Sequence record: NC_041916.1
DNA: 64,000 bases
Direction: 5' to 3' (one strand)
Numbering within the stretch: position 1 is the stretch's first letter; every line of letters starts with the position of its first letter. The position numbers were made by a program, and so were the translations under genes. Under the pieces are notes generated by a model that worked only from the letters and a program-made list of their open reading frames with translations, was not told where the DNA came from and ran no database searches. Shown one piece after another: positions 57,134 to 64,000 of the stretch.

Positions 57134-57501
57134 GCTGCTTTCCTTTGATATTTGTAACGACGGATGGTAATGCAACGTTCGCTTAATGCAGAGGCTAGGG
57201 CTTCGATATGAGGGTCATGATCGACAATCGAAATGATGATCAACTCACTGGTTAAATGAGCCATGTTTTCGATGGTCTGTACAAAAGACGTTTTGTTGCG
57301 ATCTTCGATTTCCATGACGGTAATGCTTTCATCCAAATCACCTAACCCATATTTGCCACTAACTGTGTGCAATGCATAGTCGTTATTAGTTCGTTCACCG
57401 ATAATGGTTTTTAGACGTTCAATGTAAGAAAGGGGTGTCGAACACAAGTTACCAAAACCTGAATCACAAATGACTAGGATGTTTTGAGTGTTTACTGACA
57501 T
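57130..57501 (-). CDS. Hypothetical alpha/beta protein, ~123 aa
   Basis: GGAG RBS before the ATG at 57501; ATGA overlap. Confidence 0.7.
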   Translation of the reverse strand: MSVNTQNILVICDSGFGNLCSTPLSYIERLKTIIGERTNNDYALHTVSGKYGLGDLDESITVMEIEDRNKTSFVQTIENMAHLTSELIIISIVDHDPHIEALASALSERCITIRRYKYQRKAA

Positions 57502-57528
57502 TATTTTTATCTCCAAAAAATTAAATAG

Positions 57529-57548
57529 GAGGTGTCCGTAGACACCCC
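57529..57548 (-). terminator. UNCG hairpin after uvsX
   Basis: GGTGTC-TACG-GACACC followed by TATTTAATTTTTT. Confidence 0.65.
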
Positions 57549-57566
57549 ATAAAATTTGTTATAGCT

Positions 57567-59003
57567 TTACTTTTTAGCAGGACGACCAGTCGCAACAGAT
57601 TCACCGGTAGCCAAACGGAAAATCTGGTAAGCTGTGATGGTCGGTTTATCGATGTTCGGGTTAGTGTGCCAGTAATCTACAGAATCCAACAGTTCGTCCC
57701 AATCGAAGCCACGGTCTTTCACGGCTTTATAGATTTCTTCTGGAGTCATGCGGTATTGTTCTGGTAGACGTAACCACTCACGTTGCATTTTCATGATGTG
57801 GTAAGCGATGGTCAAAGCACGGTAGAACTTAGGGTTATCGGCAATCACTTTACGAACGGTGGTACGACCCACTTTAACACCCGGTAGGAATGTACACTCG
57901 TGTGATAGCTTAGAACCGTCCAGTGCGAAGTAACCGTTGGTTTTTAGCGCGTGGTACATAGTCAGACCTTCTTGGATACCATCGGCTTGAGAACCCAAGA
58001 ACATACCGCTTAGACCAGACGGACCACCTTTGTTACGGAACATGGTGTAAGAGTATTGTAGTAAGTCTGGGTTTTCACGAGCATCCGCAGAGATCACCAC
58101 ATCACGACCCAATGGGTTCGGGTACATCCATTGTTGTTCAGACTTCAAAGCAGAGCCACGAATGATTTCGTAACCTTGCGCTGGTAGTTGAAGAATCGCT
58201 TTAGGACACTTAGCAATCTTTTTACCTTGACGGATAAACGTAGATTGTTTCTCTAGTGGTTTGCCGTCCATGTTGATAACGTCAGTGATTTGACCTACCC
58301 ACCACAGTTTCAAACCAGCGATGCCACCTAAGTGGTGTGAGTCTTCGAACACGATACGTTTCAAGTTACCGAATTCCATATCACGAGTACGCTTCTTACC
58401 ACCCTCGTCCACATCGCCTTCTTGGAACTTAACCGATGCTTCGTTAAAGCGCAGCTCGCCTAACGAGTCGGTGATTACCATAATAGGAGTGTAGATTTCG
58501 ATAGGCTTTTTGTTTTTGTCTAGGAAAACAGTTTCTAGGTAACGACTACGGTCACCCTTGTTTTCTTGGAAATCTTTGTACGCATCTTTAACGATGTTGT
58601 GTAGCTGAGTGCCGTCGTAGCCATCTGCTGAGCTTAGGTAGATGAAGCGTTTGTTTAGAATTTCTCGTTCGAAGTAACCGCTTTCACCAAATCGTTTGTC
58701 TACGGCTTCTGACAGACGACCAATGTCTAGGGTAGCCTCAGTATCACCATAGATGATAACACCTTGTGGGATGCGTTCTAGGAAGCTCAAACAGCTCAAG
58801 ATAAGCATACCAGTTTTCTGTGTATTCGAACCACCTGTTACTGCGTTGTTAGGAGTCATACCACCGTTACAATACGCAAGGTCATCTTTACCGATAAAGA
58901 AGCGTCCGTTGTTGATGTCGTAAATCGGTGAGATGTTTAAACCAATCTGAATTGATTCGGAAGACTCTATTTTGTTCAGGAAGCCGAAATTCGGAATTGA
59001 CAT
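57567..59003 (-). CDS. uvsX: UvsX/RecA-like recombinase (phiKZ gp152-like), 478 aa
   Basis: Variant Walker A (TGGSNTQKT), YGDTE, Walker B (VITDSLG), MFRNKGGPSG. Confidence 0.85.
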   Translation of the reverse strand: MSIPNFGFLNKIESSESIQIGLNISPIYDINNGRFFIGKDDLAYCNGGMTPNNAVTGGSNTQKTGMLILSCLSFLERIPQGVIIYGDTEATLDIGRLSEAVDKRFGESGYFEREILNKRFIYLSSADGYDGTQLHNIVKDAYKDFQENKGDRSRYLETVFLDKNKKPIEIYTPIMVITDSLGELRFNEASVKFQEGDVDEGGKKRTRDMEFGNLKRIVFEDSHHLGGIAGLKLWWVGQITDVINMDGKPLEKQSTFIRQGKKIAKCPKAILQLPAQGYEIIRGSALKSEQQWMYPNPLGRDVVISADARENPDLLQYSYTMFRNKGGPSGLSGMFLGSQADGIQEGLTMYHALKTNGYFALDGSKLSHECTFLPGVKVGRTTVRKVIADNPKFYRALTIAYHIMKMQREWLRLPEQYRMTPEEIYKAVKDRGFDWDELLDSVDYWHTNPNIDKPTITAYQIFRLATGESVATGRPAKK

Positions 59004-59057
59004 ATTTACCTCTAAATGAATTTTATGTTAGTTAACCTATATTAAGGCATTACAGTC

Positions 59058-59858
59058 ATGGAAAATTTTTACTTAAATCTCTTACTTAATTCTGGACCAG
59101 TGGATGGTCAAGAAGCATTCAATTTGAACAAATACTTGGGTCCTATTGAAGGGTTCCGTATGCGCTTCAAATCATTAAGTTTGGAACTGGATAAAAAGAT
59201 CGCAGGTATGTCGAGTTCTATCCACACTATCGATTACGCTGCTGCCCAATCCAAAGCAAACAAAGAATCGTACCTAAAACGTGCAAACACACCTATGCCG
59301 ATTCCTGTGCACTTTAACCCACGTAACACAACAATGGAAAAGTACATTAAATCGTGCATCAGTGCGGTAGCATTAGTGGACAGCTTTAAAACGGATTCCA
59401 GTCGTTTTTATGATTGGATGCGTGAAATCGCGTCTAAGGGCAAAGTGTCTGGTACGTTCCGTTATACCGTGAGTTCTACGAGTCGTGCTATCGATGAATT
59501 GGACAAGTTCATTAAGACCTTAGGTAACCCTAAGAAAGAAATGAACATCCCTCTAAAAGATGCGTACAGCTCGTTTAATGAGATGTTCCGTAACATCAAC
59601 GAGTACAACATCAACGTTAAGATGATCAAGCCACGTGATGCAGAAACCATTGCTCGCCAATTACAGCTCAATGCGGAGCTCGGTGAACTGTTGCTAGCAC
59701 GCATCGCATCGAATGACGTGGTGTTGAATGAAAACGACCTAGACATCATCAAACGTGTGTTCGATGATTTCGAACGTTACATGAACTTAACTGGTGCGTT
59801 GGTCGGTATGTTGAACGAATTGTCAGCCGTATTGAAAGCTCAATGTGACGCCATCTAA
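59058..59858 (+). CDS. Virion head protein, phiKZ gp153-like, 266 aa
   Basis: Divergent from uvsX; size and helical character; N-terminal SLE motif. Confidence 0.55.
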   Translation: MENFYLNLLLNSGPVDGQEAFNLNKYLGPIEGFRMRFKSLSLELDKKIAGMSSSIHTIDYAAAQSKANKESYLKRANTPMPIPVHFNPRNTTMEKYIKSCISAVALVDSFKTDSSRFYDWMREIASKGKVSGTFRYTVSSTSRAIDELDKFIKTLGNPKKEMNIPLKDAYSSFNEMFRNINEYNINVKMIKPRDAETIARQLQLNAELGELLLARIASNDVVLNENDLDIIKRVFDDFERYMNLTGALVGMLNELSAVLKAQCDAI

Positions 59859-59889
59859 CGTTGATAAAAATACTAAAACGAAAAAAGAT

Positions 59890-59912
59890 GAGGTAGGGGA
59901 ATCCCCTACCTC
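59890..59912. terminator. Bidirectional terminator
   Basis: GAGGTAGGGG-AAT-CCCCTACCTC with an A tract on the left and TTATTT on the right. Confidence 0.8.
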
Positions 59913-59920
59913 CGTCTTAT

Positions 59921-61450
59921 TTACTTTTCACCTAACTCTTTCTTGTTTAACACACGCACATTCGCTGCCGCCGACGTAAAGACGTAAGTCCAATCCGTGG
60001 TTTCAATGATGGTACGATAGATCAAACAACGATCGTTAGTGAAGTCCAAGTTCAACCATACTTTAACTTCCGGGTCGGTGACGGAGTTAAAACAGTTACG
60101 GTCAGGAACGTCGTACCCCACACTTAACATGATAGGAACCGGACACACCGCTTTAGGGTGATGCATGGTTTGACGAATGACCATCTCGTTTGGTTTGAAC
60201 GCCGGGTTGAGCTTGAGTTTGATGTCACCTTTCTTATTCGCTTCTTTTACATAGAACGAATCAGTGATGTCAATGAACTCTTGCTTGTCCCCATAACGGT
60301 TCTCTTTATCTCGGTTTACGAACGACGTGTAAGTAAGGTCAATGCGGTCCATGGATTCCACAATCATGAACGACAACCCCGGTGGGTCAATCAGTTCAAT
60401 CAAGGTTGGGTCTTCTTTCGTACCCACCACAAACGGCACAACCAAATCCTTACCTTTACGTACACCCGGATAAGAGTCAATCATGCGAGCGACACCCTTA
60501 CTGGTCACGTACTGCATGTTACCTGCACACAACAACTCACGAGGGTTCTCGGTACGTTCTTCGGTAAAGCGGAACAAACGGTCAAAGTAAGGAATAGGTT
60601 CTTTAACGAACAGCGCTGAGTAAGTCACGTCTGGTGTCAGTTTACCGTAATACTTCTTACCCTTTTCCACCGAACCAAATTGGTAACGACGACGCCCTTC
60701 GATTTCTTCCCAGTAATCGGTACCCATGCCAGTACGGAAGTACCAACGGTTACCACTGATGATTTTAGGAAGACCTGTCTCAGGGTTTTCATACACTTTC
60801 ACTGGTTGAGCCGTGAGATAACACTCTGGTTCATCACCCCACATTGTCATCACGTCACTCAAACCCATTTCTTCGCCCAAGCGCTTAGCACCAAGACCAC
60901 CTTTAGCTAACGAGACTTTTGTGTCAACGCTTACGTTAGCCGGTAAGTAAGGGGCAAAGAAGTCCTGTAACGCTTTGATGCGTTTGTACATGTCGTCTTC
61001 ACACTTCCCTTTACGAGATGCTGTCATCTCCATAATACGGTAGAACCAAGGGTCGTTTGGTATGAACAAAATGCGAACCCATTCTACGTCGTATTCTACT
61101 TCCTCCTTTTTCTCGATAACGACTTCTTTCTTGACTGATTCCACGTAGTTACGAACTTGTTCTAACAACGAAACCCATGCGTCGAATTCCGTCTTACAAT
61201 TAGAAGAATATCCACCAATGATGTCCTTCTGGTTAACTACGGTGCCAGCGGTCGTCGTTGTGCTAGTCCAATATCCCATGGTCGCAGGTACGTTTTTCTT
61301 AAGCTGCTTTTTGCCTTCCGCTGAGGGATCGTACGTGTAACCATGTAAGGCGGTGTAAAACTCTTTATGTTCCGGCTTGACACGCGTTGCTTTAAACGTG
61401 GTCGTACCCATGCCGATATAAACCACCATGTTTCTTTTTAGTGTTGCCAT
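59921..61450 (-). CDS. RNase H-like protein (phiKZ gp155-like) with substituted catalytic motifs, 509 aa
   Basis: Position after uvsX/gp153-like; LHGYTY, TEF and the C-terminal YYGK..D, PP.L, GYDVPDRN pattern; YIGMG replaces YTDGG. Confidence 0.7.
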   Translation of the reverse strand: MATLKRNMVVYIGMGTTTFKATRVKPEHKEFYTALHGYTYDPSAEGKKQLKKNVPATMGYWTSTTTTAGTVVNQKDIIGGYSSNCKTEFDAWVSLLEQVRNYVESVKKEVVIEKKEEVEYDVEWVRILFIPNDPWFYRIMEMTASRKGKCEDDMYKRIKALQDFFAPYLPANVSVDTKVSLAKGGLGAKRLGEEMGLSDVMTMWGDEPECYLTAQPVKVYENPETGLPKIISGNRWYFRTGMGTDYWEEIEGRRRYQFGSVEKGKKYYGKLTPDVTYSALFVKEPIPYFDRLFRFTEERTENPRELLCAGNMQYVTSKGVARMIDSYPGVRKGKDLVVPFVVGTKEDPTLIELIDPPGLSFMIVESMDRIDLTYTSFVNRDKENRYGDKQEFIDITDSFYVKEANKKGDIKLKLNPAFKPNEMVIRQTMHHPKAVCPVPIMLSVGYDVPDRNCFNSVTDPEVKVWLNLDFTNDRCLIYRTIIETTDWTYVFTSAAANVRVLNKKELGEK

Positions 61451-61507
61451 TATTTTACCACTAGTTATTTTGATGACCTATACATAGACTCCATAGTGAG
61501 AATCTAC

Positions 61508-61538
61508 CGAACCGCTCCCCCTAAGGAGAACGGCTCGG
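61508..61538 (-). terminator. Imperfect hairpin after the gp156-like gene
   Basis: CCGAACCGCTCC...GGAGAACGGCTCGG; no clear U tract. Confidence 0.35.
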
Positions 61539-61548
61539 AAAGTCGGTA

Positions 61549-61974
61549 TTATTCCGGTTGCTTAGCGCATTGACCGGTTTCTATAAAACGTTTTAATTCT
61601 AAGTTGTCTTGTGTCAACCTTTCGATATCTCTGATGAGAACGGATCGCTCTTTTAACGTGGCGATGTGTTCGTCCTGTATGGTCTCTAAGCGAGCTGTGA
61701 GTCCCCGGTTAATCGTCACGAATGACTTTAGGGGATTATCTTCTACTGCAAAGATTTGTTGGATAACCTCACTAGTCTCCTCCCATTCTTTCTTACCTAA
61801 CATCGCGTGGGTGTATTGTAAGCCTAAGCCGAATACTAGCCAAGTCACAATGGTTGCATAAAAAATGGTCCATCTCAATACCACTCGAATCTTTTCTTCG
61901 TATGTCTCTCCTTGAACCTTAGGAACCATGGATTCTATGAATCGGTCCGCCAGTTCTTTTAGAACTATAAACAT
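61549..61974 (-). CDS. Single-TM, coiled-coil protein (phiKZ gp156-like), ~141 aa
   Basis: Start moved to MFIVLK at 61974; TM segment WTIFYATIVTWLVFGLGL; C-terminal heptads. Confidence 0.65.
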   Translation of the reverse strand: MFIVLKELADRFIESMVPKVQGETYEEKIRVVLRWTIFYATIVTWLVFGLGLQYTHAMLGKKEWEETSEVIQQIFAVEDNPLKSFVTINRGLTARLETIQDEHIATLKERSVLIRDIERLTQDNLELKRFIETGQCAKQPE

Positions 61975-62014
61975 CGCTAACACACCTTATTGTTTTTATA
62001 AGTGGGAAACTATT

Positions 62015-63346
62015 ATGCTTGTTAACTTCTTATCGTTCGGAAGCATTCCGGAACTACATGATCGACACCCTTTGGTAACGTCTCCCATTGGCGAACCAAC
62101 GGGGTCAGAACTTACTTTTAGTAAAGATCCTAACTACTACCCTAGTAAAGATGGATCCACAACCCTGATCAACTTTTACTCTCGCTCATCGGATGATGAA
62201 GAAGTGACGATTGATCAAACTGTCATTGATCGTCAAAACGAGATCACAGTTTGGTTGCTCGACCAAGGCAAGCGTGGGAACCTTACGCAAAACGCGCAAG
62301 AGTGCTTACAACAGCTCCGAGCTACATTCACGAAAGACGTTGAAATTGTTAGCGTCGGCGAAATGGTAACAAACGGTACATTGTACCTACCTGCGTTCGT
62401 AGAGATGAACTTTACGACAGCCGAAGACGAGATTACCGCACGAGTGTGGTACGCCACCGGCTACTTTTCAGCAGAGTACCCGTTCCGTGAGATTTTGATT
62501 GCGTTACCTCTTCCTCCTGAAGACATGGACTTCTTGATCAACCACAACCATTTGGAAATCGAATCGCGATTGGAAAAAGAAACTCCGGATGTTATTCAGG
62601 AACGTATTAACGGTTTGACAGTGGGACAGAAGTACCCGTACACAGCACGTAAATCTGTGAAGTTTGAGTTCATTGATACAACGAACAATCAAACGGTACC
62701 GATTTTCTTCACAGCCATCATTTACGGCAATGCCTCTGACGTTGATGAGCAATTGTACGAAACCATTAAAGAAGAAATACTGAATAACTCAGTGTTCGAC
62801 GAAACGGTTTGGGAACCTCATCTCCCAGATTTGTTCAACCCTCTCGAGTTTACTTGTATCCCTTATTGGAACACCGTAGGCTTGATTAATGAAACCAAAG
62901 CAGCAAGCACTTATTCTCCTATCGGAGATTATGCCGATTCTTTGGTCCTGCCGACCAAATACTGTCCTACTATTAATAGTCAAGACCTCATAAAATCTTT
63001 GCAGACCGTTCCGTTCATGTACAACAACACTTTGGTGGCTTTTGTTGCTAAAGCTAAGAACTACGGCGGTAAGATCAAGATTCGTGAATTGTACAAAGAT
63101 TACCAAATCCTGAGTACCCTTGATTACGATAATGGTCGTGTAGAACCAGAAACGTTCGACTTTATCCGTCAAATGGAAACGTTGTTATCCGCTGCGGAAG
63201 TAGTGCGTCCGGACGGCATTCCTCCAGCGGGTGTAAAACGTTTAGTACGTAACGACATTTTGTATGTTACCAAACGCATTGCTAAAGTCAACTACTTGTG
63301 TCCAACATACTGGCAGATGGTTAAAGACGGGGTGATTAATGAATAA
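62015..63346 (+). CDS. Virion structural protein, phiKZ gp157-like, ~443 aa
   Basis: Start moved to the ATG at 62015 (MLVNFLSF); PIGE, FPFREI, PDLFNPLEF..IP.W. Confidence 0.7.
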   Translation: MLVNFLSFGSIPELHDRHPLVTSPIGEPTGSELTFSKDPNYYPSKDGSTTLINFYSRSSDDEEVTIDQTVIDRQNEITVWLLDQGKRGNLTQNAQECLQQLRATFTKDVEIVSVGEMVTNGTLYLPAFVEMNFTTAEDEITARVWYATGYFSAEYPFREILIALPLPPEDMDFLINHNHLEIESRLEKETPDVIQERINGLTVGQKYPYTARKSVKFEFIDTTNNQTVPIFFTAIIYGNASDVDEQLYETIKEEILNNSVFDETVWEPHLPDLFNPLEFTCIPYWNTVGLINETKAASTYSPIGDYADSLVLPTKYCPTINSQDLIKSLQTVPFMYNNTLVAFVAKAKNYGGKIKIRELYKDYQILSTLDYDNGRVEPETFDFIRQMETLLSAAEVVRPDGIPPAGVKRLVRNDILYVTKRIAKVNYLCPTYWQMVKDGVINE

Positions 63347-63971
63347 CATCATTCCTGAAATGGGTGCAGAAGGTTCATTCGTTGCCTTAGAACCCTTTGA
63401 CCGGATTTGTGACCCTAAAGTGGTTTATACGGTTGAAGCGCTCCGTACCGTAGACGAACTGAACATTGCTAAGGTAAACACCCATCAGCTGATTGGTGCG
63501 CCAGCAGGAATGACTTCTGACGAGTCCGAAGGATTGATGGATGATGTGGAAACCAGCGAAGGTGTGATTGTCACACTGGTTGGTCCCGGTCTCCCTACCT
63601 TACACATTCCTTCAACCCACTTCAAGTCGTTCCCGTTAATAGACGGTGTGGTGTATGAACATTTGTGTTACATCGTGGACCTCGGTGCCGTTCCTCCTAG
63701 TTTGAAAGATCAGTTGAACACTTACCGTGTTTTCTTGAAAGATCAAACTAAAGCGATTACGGGGATTGACGATCCAGAAGTCTTCGTTGGGACCGTTCCT
63801 ACTAAAGCTTACGTAAGCCGTGAACAAGCGGAAGTCTTTGAGAATACCCGTAAAGGGAAAATCACGAAGTCTGCTTCTGACGCCATTCGTATTAAGCAGT
63901 TAGAGAAAGAACAAATCGAAGACCGCAAGTACATCGCGTTGCTTGAAGAAAAAATCCGCGCATTGCAATAA
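63339..63971 (+). CDS. Virion-associated protein, phiKZ gp158-like, 210 aa
   Basis: Overlaps the upstream stop; PF...Y.V.ALR, HIP...F.SFP...GV.Y, DLG.VP pattern. Confidence 0.6.
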   Translation: MNNIIPEMGAEGSFVALEPFDRICDPKVVYTVEALRTVDELNIAKVNTHQLIGAPAGMTSDESEGLMDDVETSEGVIVTLVGPGLPTLHIPSTHFKSFPLIDGVVYEHLCYIVDLGAVPPSLKDQLNTYRVFLKDQTKAITGIDDPEVFVGTVPTKAYVSREQAEVFENTRKGKITKSASDAIRIKQLEKEQIEDRKYIALLEEKIRALQ

Positions 63972-64000
63972 AAAAAATAAAGACATATCTATCCTCTCCT

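Noticed and set aside
59030-59052. AACCTATATTA on + upstream of the gp153-like gene as a seventh early promoter
   Set aside because: It lacks the TAGGTG half and the upstream T/A tract; too partial to call.
19345-59912. Dispersed hairpins as a CRISPR array or MITE family
   Set aside because: Stem sequences differ, there is no regular spacing, and all sit at gene ends as terminators do.
1-64000. tRNA, rRNA, IS/transposase, reverse transcriptase (DGR), chimallin or PhuZ genes
   Set aside because: None recognisable by eye; intergenic gaps are short and explained by promoters and terminators. A tRNAscan/Infernal run would be needed to exclude small RNAs formally.

Overview
This window is from a phiKZ-like jumbo phage (Chimalliviridae-type). 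The host is probably Vibrio, inferred from a Vibrio-type ThyA and Vibrio-like codon use (CTA/CGT/GCT) in the sheath and tube genes. Left to right: (1) 1-19337, a tail/baseplate block. It has two giant Ig-like repeat proteins (one >=1693 aa and running off the left edge, one ~2486 aa with a phiKZ gp26-like N-terminus), gp27- and gp28-like genes, and divergent sheath and tube genes. (2) 19.4-32.5 kb, a minus-strand early accessory region with a repeated early-promoter motif. It holds two Cys-His-Asp proteins, a Nudix hydrolase, an HslV/proteasome-beta-like protein with a coupled partner, thyA, an HD hydrolase, folA and arrays of membrane-anchored proteins. (3) 32.6-52 kb, a core block: prohead protease, gp176/gp177-like genes, an inserted endolysin plus an unlisted 54-aa ORF, split virion RNA polymerase beta and beta' subunits, a tape-measure/tail lysin with a GH19 domain and a gp182-like gene. 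(4) 52-64 kb, more core genes: a third vRNAP subunit, UvsX, an apparently degenerate RNase H-like protein and virion proteins. phiKZ gp numbers come from remembered motifs and synteny, not database searches. I saw no tRNA, rRNA, CRISPR array, IS element, intron or intein. The best leads are the two-gene modular Ig fibre on the baseplate protein, the early protease-like cluster and the RNase H with substituted catalytic residues.
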